Of a stretch of 40,435 bases of DNA, positions 8,881-18,765 are shown piece by piece. The stretch comes from Candidatus Tepidifontimicrobium thermophilum. Its GTDB lineage: Bacteria > Sysuimicrobiota > Sysuimicrobiia > Sysuimicrobiales > Sysuimicrobiaceae. Positions within the stretch are counted from its first letter, which is position 1; every line of letters starts with the position of its first letter. Made by a program: the position numbers and the translations under genes. The stretch is from assembly GCA_031459915.1 (NCBI GenBank), contig JAVKHO010000020.1, positions 1 through 40,435 of the forward strand, read 5' to 3'. Under the pieces are notes generated by a model. That model saw only the letters and a list, made by a program, of their open reading frames with translations. It was not told the DNA's origin and did not search any database.

Positions 8881-10767
8881 CTACACCGCCGCAGGCACGC
8901 GGTCCAGGTACTCCCGCGCCCAGATCTCAAGACCCAAGACGGCGTACAGCCGGTGTCCGTGCTCGGCCCCGCCCGAGCGGTGTTCCTCCAGCAGTCGTTC
9001 CACGGCTTCCGGCCGCAGCCAGCCGCGCTGCCGGGCCCGGGCGTCCAGCAGGAGGTCCCGCGCCGCCGGGAACAGCGGACCCCGGAGCCACGGCCCCACA
9101 GGCACGCTGAAACCCTGCTTGCGCTTCCGGAGCAGGTCGCGCGGCAGGAGGTCCCGTACGGCGCGGCGCAGCAGGTACTTGGACGTAACCCCCCGGAGTT
9201 TCCACTGCGGAGGTATACTGGCCAGGAACTCCACCAGTTCGTGGTCCAGCAAGGGCACCCGGGCTTCCAGGGACCACGCCATGGTCATACGGTCCACCTT
9301 CACCAGACAGTCCTCCGGGCAGTAGAAGTGGGTGTCCGCGTACAGCATGCGGTTCCGGAAGTCCGACTCCGGGAGCGCGTCCAGCCACATCCGCAACGGC
9401 GCGAGACTCTCGTGCCCGTCCAGCGCCGCCCTGAAGCCGCTGGAGTACAGTTCCCGCCGGAGCTGGCGGTCGAAGAGGGTCATGCGCCGCAGGTAGCCAT
9501 CTGCGGGGTGGAGGGCCACGTCCGCGAGGAAGCCGGCTGCACGCTGCCGCCACGGCCCGGCAGGCAGCAGGCCGGCAAGCCGCGGCGCGCGGGCGCGCAG
9601 GGCGAAGGGGAGTCGGTGGAACGGCCGGACCATCTGGTGGCGGCGCTGCCACTCGTAGCCGCAGAACACCTCGTCCCCGCCGTCCCCGGTCAGCACCACC
9701 GTCACGTGCTGGCGGGCCAGTTCGGCCACCAGGTACGTGGCGATGGCCGAGGAGTCGCCAAAGGGCTCGTCAAAGTGCGAGAGCAGCTCCGGCAGCCGCC
9801 GGGCCACCTGGGGTTCCACCACCAGCTCCCGGTGGTCCGTCCCGTAGCGGCGCGCCACCTGCCGGGCGTAGGGCAGCTCGTCGAACCGTGCCTCCCGGAA
9901 CCCGACGGAGAACGTCCGGACCGGGTGAGCGCCCGCCAGGCTCATCAGGGCCACCACCGTGCTGCTGTCCAGTCCCCCGCTGAGGAACGCCCCCACGGGC
10001 ACGTCGCTGACCAGGTGCGACCGGATCGCGTCCTGCAGCCGCGCCCGCAGCTCGGCCACGGACTCCCGGAGAGGCCTCGAGGGTCGCTCCGCCGGGACGA
10101 AGTCCCAGTAGTTCTGCACGCGCGCCCCTGCCTGATCTAGGACCAAAACGTGGCCCGGGGCGAGTTTGCGCACACCGCGGAAGGGCGTCCAGGGAGCCGG
10201 TACGTAGCCGTACGTCAGGTACAGGTCTACAGCTTCCGGGTCCACCTCCCGCGGGAAGTCCGGCAGTTTCAGCAGGGATTTCAGTTCGGAAGCGAAGGCG
10301 AGGCGGCCGCCCTTCTGCCAGTAGTACAGCGGCTTGATGCCGAGGCGGTCCCGGGCCAGAAGGAGCCGCTGCTGCCTCCCGTCCCACAGGGCGAAGGCGA
10401 ACATGCCCCGCAGCCTCGTCACCACCTCCACGCCGAAGGCCTCGTAGCCGTGCACCACCACCTCCGTGTCCGACCGAGTCCGGAAGCGGTGCCCCCTCGC
10501 CTCCAGCTCGTGCCGCAGCTCGCGGAAGTTGTACACCTCACCGTTGTAGACGAGCCAGACGGACCCGTCCTCGTTGCCCATGGGCTGCGAGCCGCCCGCA
10601 GGGTCAATCACCCGCAGGCGGCACATGGCCAGGGCCACGTGGGGTGCCTCACGGTAGCCCTCCTCGTCCGGCCCTCGGTGCCGCAGGGCCCGGTTCATCC
10701 GCTGCAGGACCCCCGCGTCCACCGGCCGCTCGAGGTCGAGATCCACAACCCCGCAGATTCCGCACAT
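8881..10767 (-). CDS. asnB: Asparagine synthase (glutamine-hydrolysing) family amidotransferase, likely acting on the polysaccharide (628 aa)
   Basis: N-terminal MCGICG (Ntn Cys2), HRGPD, NGEVYNF, RDRLGIKPLY, LSGGLDSS, GDGGDE, KVDRMTMA.SLEARVP, KQGF. Confidence 0.93.
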   Translation of the reverse strand: MCGICGVVDLDLERPVDAGVLQRMNRALRHRGPDEEGYREAPHVALAMCRLRVIDPAGGSQPMGNEDGSVWLVYNGEVYNFRELRHELEARGHRFRTRSDTEVVVHGYEAFGVEVVTRLRGMFAFALWDGRQQRLLLARDRLGIKPLYYWQKGGRLAFASELKSLLKLPDFPREVDPEAVDLYLTYGYVPAPWTPFRGVRKLAPGHVLVLDQAGARVQNYWDFVPAERPSRPLRESVAELRARLQDAIRSHLVSDVPVGAFLSGGLDSSTVVALMSLAGAHPVRTFSVGFREARFDELPYARQVARRYGTDHRELVVEPQVARRLPELLSHFDEPFGDSSAIATYLVAELARQHVTVVLTGDGGDEVFCGYEWQRRHQMVRPFHRLPFALRARAPRLAGLLPAGPWRQRAAGFLADVALHPADGYLRRMTLFDRQLRRELYSSGFRAALDGHESLAPLRMWLDALPESDFRNRMLYADTHFYCPEDCLVKVDRMTMAWSLEARVPLLDHELVEFLASIPPQWKLRGVTSKYLLRRAVRDLLPRDLLRKRKQGFSVPVGPWLRGPLFPAARDLLLDARARQRGWLRPEAVERLLEEHRSGGAEHGHRLYAVLGLEIWAREYLDRVPAAV

Positions 10768-10774
10768 CGCGTCC

Positions 10775-11809
10775 TCACACCACGCACAGGACGCGGTGGC
10801 GCAAAGACCCCACCACCGTCCCCGCCGTGAACAGGGGGAACTCCGCCACATGCAGAGCCGTCACCGCGGCGAGCTCCCAGGTGGCCAGCGGCACGTGACG
10901 ACGACGTGCCAGGCTCCGCAGGCGCCAGGCCAGCCGTACCGCATAAGCGCCCAAGAGCGCGGCCGCCCAGGGCTCCAGGACCGACACGGCCAGGAGGGCT
11001 GCGAGAACCCGGTCCGGGGTAGCCAGGTTCACCCAACCCGGCCGGCGGAACCACCGCAGGCGCACGCTCCGGTCCCCGGGCAACGTGACCCACAGCCCGG
11101 GTTCCCCGTGCTTGCGGAACCAACCGGGCAGGCCGGTCCCGTACTCGAACAGCCGCCGCGCGGCCTTCCGCAGCGAGTCACGCTGCACGTGCGCCACGAC
11201 CACCCGGGGCTCGTAGCGAATCCGGAACCCCGCACGTAAGAGGCGTACACACAGCGCCACGTCCACACCGCCGCGCAACCCCTCGTCAAAGGGGCCCACC
11301 CGTTCGAGGACCTCCCGCCGCACGCACAGGTTGGCCGTGTAGAAGGTGGAAGGAGGGAACCTGAGCCCGCACACGACCTGACCATGTCCGGATGCGGGGA
11401 AAGCGCAGACGGTCAGGTACTTCTCCACGAGCCGCACGGGCCGGTAACCCGTCACCTCACCGGCCACCGCGTGACAGGGTGGATCTTCCTCCAACGCCTC
11501 CAGAGCCCGCGCCAGCCACTCCTCGTGGGGCACGCAGTCCGCGTCCGTGAACGCGATCACGTCTCCCGTCGCCTCCGCCACCCCCCGGTTCCGCGCGACA
11601 GCCTCGCCGGGTCGGGGCTCACAGACCACCCGCAGCCCGGGCAGCCGGTCCCGGAAACTCCGGGCGACGTCGGCTGTGGCGTCCGCGGAACCGTTGTCCA
11701 CCAGCACCACCTCATCCGCCGACCGCACCTGCCGGACGAGTGCCTCCAGGCAGGCGGGCAAGGTGCCGGCCGCATTGCGCGCGGGGATCACCACCGACAC
11801 CCGCATCAC
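10775..11809 (-). CDS. GT2 glycosyltransferase with C-terminal membrane segments (344 aa)
   Basis: VSVVIPARN, VDNGSAD, ARNRG, FTDADC, FYTANL, FDE; GTGA overlap with upstream stop. Confidence 0.9.
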   Translation of the reverse strand: MMRVSVVIPARNAAGTLPACLEALVRQVRSADEVVLVDNGSADATADVARSFRDRLPGLRVVCEPRPGEAVARNRGVAEATGDVIAFTDADCVPHEEWLARALEALEEDPPCHAVAGEVTGYRPVRLVEKYLTVCAFPASGHGQVVCGLRFPPSTFYTANLCVRREVLERVGPFDEGLRGGVDVALCVRLLRAGFRIRYEPRVVVAHVQRDSLRKAARRLFEYGTGLPGWFRKHGEPGLWVTLPGDRSVRLRWFRRPGWVNLATPDRVLAALLAVSVLEPWAAALLGAYAVRLAWRLRSLARRRHVPLATWELAAVTALHVAEFPLFTAGTVVGSLRHRVLCVV

Positions 11810-12771
11810 CGGGAGCTCCCCGCGTCCGATTCAAGGAGGGCCGCCACGGACTTGCTGTTTCCCCCGACCCTTTCGCGCCACGACCCCCTGACGGAGCGTC
11901 CCGCGAATCCCGCCCAGTACCCGGCAGCGTAAGCGAGCCCGCGAACCACGTCCAGCACGGGGTTCGCGAACCGACCTCTCTTCTCGGCCCGCACCAGCCG
12001 CGCCGCCACCCGGAAGGGGGCCAGTCCGGCCGTCCCGAGTGCCCGGGCGCCGTGGGTCAGGCACCCCCGCGCCGCTGCTCCTCGGCCGAAGAGCAGGAGA
12101 TCCACCTGCGCCCGGCCCACGCCGTATCCGAACCACTGCGCGTACAGCTCGCGGACCGTCCTCGGGTGCGCATGGTACACCACCGCGGTCGGGCGGCTGA
12201 GGAGTCTGCACCGTCCGTCCCGCGCCACCCTCCACGCCATCTCGAGGTCCGAAGAACCCCTAAGCCCTGGTACGAACCCGCCCAGACGTTGGAAGACTTC
12301 TCGGCGGTAGGCAACGTTCGCGGTCACGAACACCGGCCACGGACGGACCTGCTGGAGTCGGTCGAGGCGGAACAGACGGACCTCTTCCTCCAGGTAGCGC
12401 GCAACCCACGAATCGCCCACCCCCAGCACGTCCCCGCCACAGACGCCGACCGCCGGGTCCTCAAACGCGGCCACGAGCTCAGACAGCCATCGCCTCGGGG
12501 CGATACAGTCCGCGTCCGTGAAGGCCACTAACGCGCCGCGGGCGTGGGACAGCCCGAGGTTCCGGGCCGCCGCGCCGCCCCGGTGGGCCTGCCGTAGCAA
12601 CATGACCTCGAACCCCGCCGCCACCTCGGCGGTGCGGTCCGTCGACCCGTCGTCCACCACGATCACCTCGTAGGCGTCCCGCGGGTAGTCCTGCGCCAGG
12701 AGCGCCCGCAGGCACGCACCGATCCGCGGCTCCTCGTTCCGCGCCGGCACCACCACCGACACCCGCAACAC
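11806..12771 (-). CDS. GT2 glycosyltransferase (321 aa)
   Basis: VSVVVPARN, VDDGSTD, ARNLG, FTDADC, TANVAYR; GGGAG RBS 7 nt before GTG 12771. Confidence 0.9.
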   Translation of the reverse strand: MLRVSVVVPARNEEPRIGACLRALLAQDYPRDAYEVIVVDDGSTDRTAEVAAGFEVMLLRQAHRGGAAARNLGLSHARGALVAFTDADCIAPRRWLSELVAAFEDPAVGVCGGDVLGVGDSWVARYLEEEVRLFRLDRLQQVRPWPVFVTANVAYRREVFQRLGGFVPGLRGSSDLEMAWRVARDGRCRLLSRPTAVVYHAHPRTVRELYAQWFGYGVGRAQVDLLLFGRGAAARGCLTHGARALGTAGLAPFRVAARLVRAEKRGRFANPVLDVVRGLAYAAGYWAGFAGRSVRGSWRERVGGNSKSVAALLESDAGSSR

Positions 12772-12788
12772 GCAGCTACTCCCAAACG

Positions 12789-13679
12789 CTACACAGCAGC
12801 TCCCACCGTAACCCCGTACCGCGACCGGTACCACTCCACCGTGCGGCGGAGGCCTTCCTCGAGGGGCGTTGCGGGCACGTACCCAAAGTACCGCGCCGCC
12901 TCAGCCGGGCTGCCGACCGTCCGCGACCGGGGCGGTTCTCCCCTCCGCATGGGCAGGTGGACGATCGGCACCGCGGGGTTCACGAGCTGACGGATGCGCT
13001 CGGCCACCTCGTTCACACGCATCGCCTGCCCCGTGGCCGCCTGTACCTGCCCGTGGACCGGGTCGGGAGCCAGCGCCGCCCTCCCCAGGATCTCCGCTAC
13101 GTCCTCCACGTACACCAGGTCCACCTCCTGCTCGCCGTCCCCGTACACGGGGAGTGGTTCTCCCCGCAGCGCGGCGCAGATGAGGGTGGGGACCAGCTTC
13201 TTCGTCCCGTCGGCCTTCTGCCGCGGCCCGTACCCGTTCATGGCACGCACCACGGTCACCGGAATGCCGAACTCCCGGTCGTACATGAGCCCGAAGCGGA
13301 CCGCCGCCTGCTTCGTGATGGTGTACGGGTTGTCCCAGTCGTTGCCCACGTTGATGAGCACCACCCGCACCCGCCGCCGCTTCGCCTCCTCCAGCACCCG
13401 CAGCGAGCCGATCAGGTTGTTGTCCACCGTTTCCACGGGGGAGTCCACCGTCAGGTCCGTCCCGAGCACCCCCGCCAGGTGGACGACTACCCTGGAACCG
13501 TCCATGGCCGCGGCCACCGAGTCAGGGTCCCGTACGTCAGCCACGTGATACAGGGGTTCGACCGCCAGCCCCTCGGGCCGCACGAGGTCCAGCACCACGG
13601 GCTCTACCCCGCGTCGGGCCAACCACTCCACCACGTAGCCCCCGATGAACCCGGACCCTCCCGTCACGAGCACGCGCAT
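12789..13679 (-). CDS. NAD-dependent nucleotide-sugar epimerase/dehydratase (296 aa)
   Basis: VLVTGGSGFIG, HLAG, YxxxK (YTITK), NGYGPRQ, GDGEQ..D.VYVED, LEEGLRRTVEW. Confidence 0.9.
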   Translation of the reverse strand: MRVLVTGGSGFIGGYVVEWLARRGVEPVVLDLVRPEGLAVEPLYHVADVRDPDSVAAAMDGSRVVVHLAGVLGTDLTVDSPVETVDNNLIGSLRVLEEAKRRRVRVVLINVGNDWDNPYTITKQAAVRFGLMYDREFGIPVTVVRAMNGYGPRQKADGTKKLVPTLICAALRGEPLPVYGDGEQEVDLVYVEDVAEILGRAALAPDPVHGQVQAATGQAMRVNEVAERIRQLVNPAVPIVHLPMRRGEPPRSRTVGSPAEAARYFGYVPATPLEEGLRRTVEWYRSRYGVTVGAAV

Positions 13680-13707
13680 CGGTCGCCTCCTCCGTAGACG
13701 CAGAGTT

Positions 13708-14742
13708 TCAAAAGCAGATGACCCGGTGACGGGCCGAAGCCAGCAGACTGCCCACGTTGACCGCGGCGAACTCGGCGACGTGCAAAGCAGCCCAAGCGGC
13801 CACCTCCCACCCGGACCGTGTGTCCACTCCCCGCTCGCGACCGGCCCGCGCCACCTTGAGCCCCAACCGCACCAGGTAGGCTCCCAGCGGCGCGAGGAAC
13901 CACGGCACCCACAGGCTCAGAGCTCCCAAGGTCATGCAGACCTTCTCCGGCGACGTCAGGTTCAGGCAGCCTGTGGGCCCGCCGCGCCACACCCACTGCC
14001 GGCGGCCCACGAGAGCGTAGAAGGTCCCCTCGCAGTTCTTCCGCAACAGTTTCGGGCGGGACGCGCCATACTGGTATAAGCGCACCAGCATCGCCCACAG
14101 ACGCGACCGGTGGACATGCCCCACCCGCGCCGCGGGCGTGTAGGCGATCCTCCAGCCCGCCCGCAGGATCCGGCAACAGAGGTCCAAGTCGTCCGCGGGC
14201 GGCATGGCCTCGTCGAACCCGCCGACCCGGCGGAGGACCTGCGCCCGCGCGGACAGGTTCGCCGTGTAGAAGGCCACGGTGGGGAACTCGTACCCCTCGG
14301 CCACCTGGGCCTCCCGGGGCGTGGGGAACGCCGCCACGGACAGGTAACGCTCCACCAGATTCCCGGGCGCATGCCCCACCACCGCCCCAGCTACCGCCCC
14401 GACCCTTTCGTCCCCGTACTCCTCAACGAGCCGTTCCAGCCAGGTGGGCTCCGGTACACAGTCCGCGTCCGTAAAGGCGACCACTTCGGCCTCCACACCG
14501 GGCAGAGCCGCGTTGCGCGCCGCCGCCTGGCCGCGACGGAACTCCCGCAGCACCCGCAGCCGCGGCTGTTCTTTGGAGCGCTCCAGAAGCCACTCGTAGG
14601 TCCCGTCCGTAGACCCGTTGTCCACCACCCACACTGCCTGAGGCAGCACGGTCTGGCGCAGCAGGGCGTCGATGCAACCGGCGAGGGTTCGCCGCCCGTT
14701 GTAAACGGGCACGATCACTTCCACCCCTACCGGGCTCGACAC
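13708..14742 (-). CDS. GT2 glycosyltransferase with C-terminal membrane segments (344 aa)
   Basis: VIVPVYN, VDNGSTD, ARNAA, FTDADC, FYTANL, GGFDE; GGGAGG RBS before GTG 14742. Confidence 0.9.
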   Translation of the reverse strand: MSSPVGVEVIVPVYNGRRTLAGCIDALLRQTVLPQAVWVVDNGSTDGTYEWLLERSKEQPRLRVLREFRRGQAAARNAALPGVEAEVVAFTDADCVPEPTWLERLVEEYGDERVGAVAGAVVGHAPGNLVERYLSVAAFPTPREAQVAEGYEFPTVAFYTANLSARAQVLRRVGGFDEAMPPADDLDLCCRILRAGWRIAYTPAARVGHVHRSRLWAMLVRLYQYGASRPKLLRKNCEGTFYALVGRRQWVWRGGPTGCLNLTSPEKVCMTLGALSLWVPWFLAPLGAYLVRLGLKVARAGRERGVDTRSGWEVAAWAALHVAEFAAVNVGSLLASARHRVICF

Positions 14743-14890
14743 AGAGCACCTCCCTGTCCGCCGGTGTGGATAGGGAGCAGGACTGCACACGGCTCCAGGA
14801 AGCTCGGTGCGAGCCCGACTGCGCACCCCCAGTCGGCCGCCGTCCACCCCCGGCCCCTCTCTCCGCCACCGCCCTCCGCTGCCCGCCCCC

Positions 14891-15928
14891 TCACAGGCAC
14901 ACCACCCTCCGCCGCAGGGATTCCACGAGGGTCTGTCCGTTGAACGCTGCGGATTCCAGGATCTGCAAGGCGACCATCAAAGGGAGTTCGGAGGCCCTCG
15001 GAGGCTGGCCTCCACTTCTGCCCCCGGCCCGCCAGATCCGGCCCCCCAGATAGGCCACGTACGCAGGCAGCAGAAACCACGCCCACCGCCACCGCAGACC
15101 GGCCGCGAGGAGCGCTAGGACCACTTTCTCCGGGGAGGTCAGCTGGAGGCTAGCTGTGATGGGCCCGCTCGTCACCACCCGACGGCCCAGGGCGGACAGG
15201 AAGATCTGTCCGCGGAAGTGCCGACGCAGGATCGCGGGGCGCCCGCGCGCGTACTTCGTAGCCAGCCGCAGCAGGTCCCCCACGCTCCGTTCCCGGTGCA
15301 GGTGGTGCACGACCGCACCGGCGGTGTATCGGAGCCACCAGCCGGCCCGGAGCAGCCGCAGGCCCAGGTCCCAGTCCTGTGCTACGTAGAACGACTCGTC
15401 GAACAGCCCGACTTCCTGCAGGGCCTGAGCGCGCACGCAAGCGTTACCCCCAGCGATCCCCTCATCCAGCGCGACGGAGGAAGCCACGCGTTCCGTCGCG
15501 CCGGGGTCCACGGCGCTCACCGCCAGGTAGCGGCCCACCACGCTATCCGCGACGGACGGCCGGATGTGGCCCGTCACCGCGCCGATCCGGTCGTCCGCGA
15601 AACCCTGGCGCAACGCCTCGAGCCAGCCCTCCTCGGCCACGCAGTCCGCGTCTGTAAACGCCACGAACGCCGGGCGGACCTCTTCCAGGGCCGCCCGGAC
15701 ACCTGCGTTCCGCGCCGCGCCCGGCCCACGTCGGACCTCCCGCAAGACCCGCAGACGCGCCTCCCCTTCTGACAGCCTCTTCGCCCACTCGTACGTGCCA
15801 TCTGTGGAGCCGTTGTCCACCACGTACACCGCCCGCGGCGGTCGTGACTGACGGAACAGCGCCCGCAAACACTCAGGCAGCGTGAGCCGGCCGTTGTAGA
15901 CGGGTACCACCACCACGGTGTCGCTCAC
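14891..15928 (-). CDS. GT2 glycosyltransferase with C-terminal membrane segments (345 aa)
   Basis: VVVPVYN, VDNGSTD, ARNAG, FTDADC, GLFDE; GTG 15928 overlaps wzx TGA, AGGAG RBS. Confidence 0.9.
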   Translation of the reverse strand: MSDTVVVVPVYNGRLTLPECLRALFRQSRPPRAVYVVDNGSTDGTYEWAKRLSEGEARLRVLREVRRGPGAARNAGVRAALEEVRPAFVAFTDADCVAEEGWLEALRQGFADDRIGAVTGHIRPSVADSVVGRYLAVSAVDPGATERVASSVALDEGIAGGNACVRAQALQEVGLFDESFYVAQDWDLGLRLLRAGWWLRYTAGAVVHHLHRERSVGDLLRLATKYARGRPAILRRHFRGQIFLSALGRRVVTSGPITASLQLTSPEKVVLALLAAGLRWRWAWFLLPAYVAYLGGRIWRAGGRSGGQPPRASELPLMVALQILESAAFNGQTLVESLRRRVVCL

Positions 15929-17391
15929 GACGCTCCTACCCTCAAACCCCTGCCCTCCAGAAGCGCGCGCGGCTGTCGGGGCCAGAGCCCGAACCCGGCG
16001 GTCGCAACAAGATAGGCGCCTCCCCCCAAGAGTGCCGAGGCCCACGGCCCCAGGAAAGTCGACCCGGCCGCCGCAGCCCCCATGCAAACGGTGGCCGCCC
16101 CGGCGCGCAGGACGAAACCCAGCTGCAGCTGCAGTCCCAGCCGCGCCCGTACCACGACGTAGGCAGCCGCCAGGACCGCGGCTTCCGCACCCAGGGTGGC
16201 CCAAGCGGCACCCACCAGCCCCCAGCGGGGGATCCACCAGAGGTTGAGCAGCACGTTCACCACGGCACCGGCAACCAGGAGCGCCAGGTGCGCGCCTTGC
16301 TGTCCGCCGGCCACCAGCAGCTGCCGGCAGGTGCGCGCCGCGAACATGAAAACGGCAGCCCACAGGAGGACCCGGAGGGGCTCCGCGGCCGCCTCGAAGC
16401 CGGGGCCGTAGACCGAGCGCACGAGGGAGGAGGCCAGGAACGTGCCCCCCGTGGCGAGGGGCAGCGCCACCAGGATGAGGTAGTCGAACGCACGCTGGAA
16501 GACCACCTGGGCCGTCTCCCGATCCTCCTGCATCCTCGCCAGGACAGGGAACACCGCCGCGTTCACCACGTAAGGGAGCGCCAGCACTAGGTTGAGGAAC
16601 TTGTACGCGGCGCTGTACAGGCCCACGGCCTCGTAGCCCGCAAGGCGCGCCAGCAACACACCGTCCACGCGTCCGTAGACGAGGGCCACCACGGACGCCA
16701 GGCCCAGGGGGACGGATTGAGCCAACAAACCCCGCGCCAGCTGGGGGTCGTAGCGGAACACTGGCCTTATGCGGTTCCGCACCAGCCAGAGGGTCAGGGC
16801 CAGCGGCACGGACTGGGCTAGAGCCGTCACCGCCACGAGGGCCAGCAGCCTGGCCCCTGCCAACGCAAACCCCACCAACAGCGCCACCTCCGCTACCCGC
16901 GAGGCGACCACGATGGCTTCTCGGAGCGGGTACTCCAGCCGCGCTGCCAGTACGGACCACAGGGGGACGTAGACGGCGGACAGCAGGAGGGGCGACACTG
17001 CCAGTACCGTACCCCAGGCTACCTGACGGTCCGCCTCGGCCCACTGGGCGGCGCCCACGCACACCGCCACCGCCGCAGCGGACAACAGCAGACGGAGGAG
17101 GATGGCGTTTCCAAGCAGTCGGTCCGCGCCACCGCGGCCCCGGCTTAACTCCCGGGTCAGGATGTCGTCCAGGCCGAAGGAGGCCAGCCCCTGGAACAGG
17201 GTGGCGTAGAGGAACACCAGGGAGTAGCGGCCGTAGTCCGCCACCCCGAGGGTCCGGGCCAGGACCATGGAGGAGACCATGGCGGTCGCTGTGGCCGCCA
17301 CGTTCCCCGCCAAAAGCGCGCCGACTCCCACCAGGATCCTTCGGACGAGACCGGGCCGGGGAAGCGGGTCGGGCGCGGACACGCGCCTCAC
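15925..17391 (-). CDS. wzx: Wzx-type oligosaccharide flippase (488 aa)
   Basis: Many hydrophobic helices; LARTLG..DYG.Y, FGL, D..LL......AVGLYSAA, VFP, NVLLNLWWIPRWGLVGAAWAT; GTGA overlap with upstream gene. Confidence 0.88.
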   Translation of the reverse strand: MRRVSAPDPLPRPGLVRRILVGVGALLAGNVAATATAMVSSMVLARTLGVADYGRYSLVFLYATLFQGLASFGLDDILTRELSRGRGGADRLLGNAILLRLLLSAAAVAVCVGAAQWAEADRQVAWGTVLAVSPLLLSAVYVPLWSVLAARLEYPLREAIVVASRVAEVALLVGFALAGARLLALVAVTALAQSVPLALTLWLVRNRIRPVFRYDPQLARGLLAQSVPLGLASVVALVYGRVDGVLLARLAGYEAVGLYSAAYKFLNLVLALPYVVNAAVFPVLARMQEDRETAQVVFQRAFDYLILVALPLATGGTFLASSLVRSVYGPGFEAAAEPLRVLLWAAVFMFAARTCRQLLVAGGQQGAHLALLVAGAVVNVLLNLWWIPRWGLVGAAWATLGAEAAVLAAAYVVVRARLGLQLQLGFVLRAGAATVCMGAAAAGSTFLGPWASALLGGGAYLVATAGFGLWPRQPRALLEGRGLRVGAS

Positions 17392-18752
17392 GCCGGTCGC
17401 TCCTCCGCTCCGGTCTCCCGCGACGCTACGTACAGGCCCGCCACTACGCCGGCGGTGAGCCAGAACACGCCTGCGGACCGGATGGCGGTCAGGTTGGTCG
17501 CGGTGATGCCCTGGACCATGGCGCCCACGAATCCCCCCAGGAAACCCCAGCCGAAGGCCCGCATCCAGGCCTCCGGAGCTCGCCGGGCCACCTCCGCGCC
17601 CATCCGCCACAGGCCGACCAGTACCAGGACGTACAGCGCCAGCCCCACCACGCCGCCGTAGTAAAGTTCCTTGATCAGTTCGTTGTCGATCCACCCCAGG
17701 GGCAGAGCTCCCATCCCGTACCCCACCAGCGGTTGCGACACCATCTGGCCGACCACCATATGCCAGGCGCCCAGACGCGCCGCCCACGACTGGGTGGTCC
17801 GTTCCGGCGCTCCGAAGACCACCGCGACGCTGGACGCCCGCTCTTGCACCTCCGCCGGCAGAATGGCGGACGCGAAGACCACCAGGAGGGCCAGCGCCAC
17901 CAGGAGCGCCCGGCTCCGCCGCAAACCCAGGAAGGCCAGGGCGGCCACCATCCCCACGTACGCGCCGCGTGAGTACGTGTACAGCAGGGGCACCGCAGCC
18001 ACCAAAGCCACCGCCAGCAGCCCGATTCGCTGCCACCAGGGCCGCAGCGTGACCGCCATCCCCAGACAGACGCTGGCGAGGAACACCAGCACCGCCGCGA
18101 ACGTGGCTCGCTCCCCCGGCCGGACACCGGACACGATGAACTCCGGCCCGAAGGTCAGCCGCTGCTGGAGCCCCACCAGGGCCGTCACCGCGAACCCGAC
18201 CAGCAGCGCCGCCACCATCCACCGGCCCCAACGCCGGTCCCGCGCCACCTGAAGGGCAAGGAAGAACAGGAGCAGGTACTCGATCCGCTTGAACAGGAAG
18301 AAGAACCCCAGGGGCGGTTGTGGCATCGTACCTCGAAGGATTCCGAGAGAAGTGGACACGAGGCCGGACAGCAGGAGCACCAGGACCAGCCCGCTCACAG
18401 GCGTCCGCGCCCAGCCTTCCCGCGTGCCCGCCACGTGCACCACCCAGCCGAGGAGCACCAGGGGCAGCAGCACGTCCTCGACCCGCAGGCGGGCGACCCC
18501 GGCTCCGAACTCGGGCGAGAGGAGGATCGCGAACGGGAGCATCCACACTCCCAGCCGGTAATCCACCATCACCGCCGCCGTCAGGAGCGCCACGCCCAGG
18601 GCAGCCACCGGCAGCACCCCGTCCACCCCGCCCGCCCGGTACGCCAAGCCGGCTGCCGCTACCAGCGCCGCCACACAGACCACGAAGGTGGGCCGCAGGC
18701 TGCTTCCGGCGCGGGACGCCACGCCAGTCGCGGTCACCGTCCCAGCGCCCAT
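17388..18752 (-). CDS. wzy: O-antigen ligase / Wzy polymerase family membrane protein (454 aa)
   Basis: Polytopic; TYSRGA, S...RL..W, PLVGYG.G, DNELI..L..GGVVG motifs. Confidence 0.8.
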   Translation of the reverse strand: MGAGTVTATGVASRAGSSLRPTFVVCVAALVAAAGLAYRAGGVDGVLPVAALGVALLTAAVMVDYRLGVWMLPFAILLSPEFGAGVARLRVEDVLLPLVLLGWVVHVAGTREGWARTPVSGLVLVLLLSGLVSTSLGILRGTMPQPPLGFFFLFKRIEYLLLFFLALQVARDRRWGRWMVAALLVGFAVTALVGLQQRLTFGPEFIVSGVRPGERATFAAVLVFLASVCLGMAVTLRPWWQRIGLLAVALVAAVPLLYTYSRGAYVGMVAALAFLGLRRSRALLVALALLVVFASAILPAEVQERASSVAVVFGAPERTTQSWAARLGAWHMVVGQMVSQPLVGYGMGALPLGWIDNELIKELYYGGVVGLALYVLVLVGLWRMGAEVARRAPEAWMRAFGWGFLGGFVGAMVQGITATNLTAIRSAGVFWLTAGVVAGLYVASRETGAEERPA

Positions 18753-18765
18753 CCGTCCCCTCCTT

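Noticed and set aside
14891..18546. 723-aa and 873-aa ORFs suggesting large fusions of GT2 or Wzx
   Set aside because: The N-terminal extensions are Gly/Arg/Pro-rich off-frame read-through of upstream genes; RBS and GTGA overlaps place the starts at 15928 and 17391
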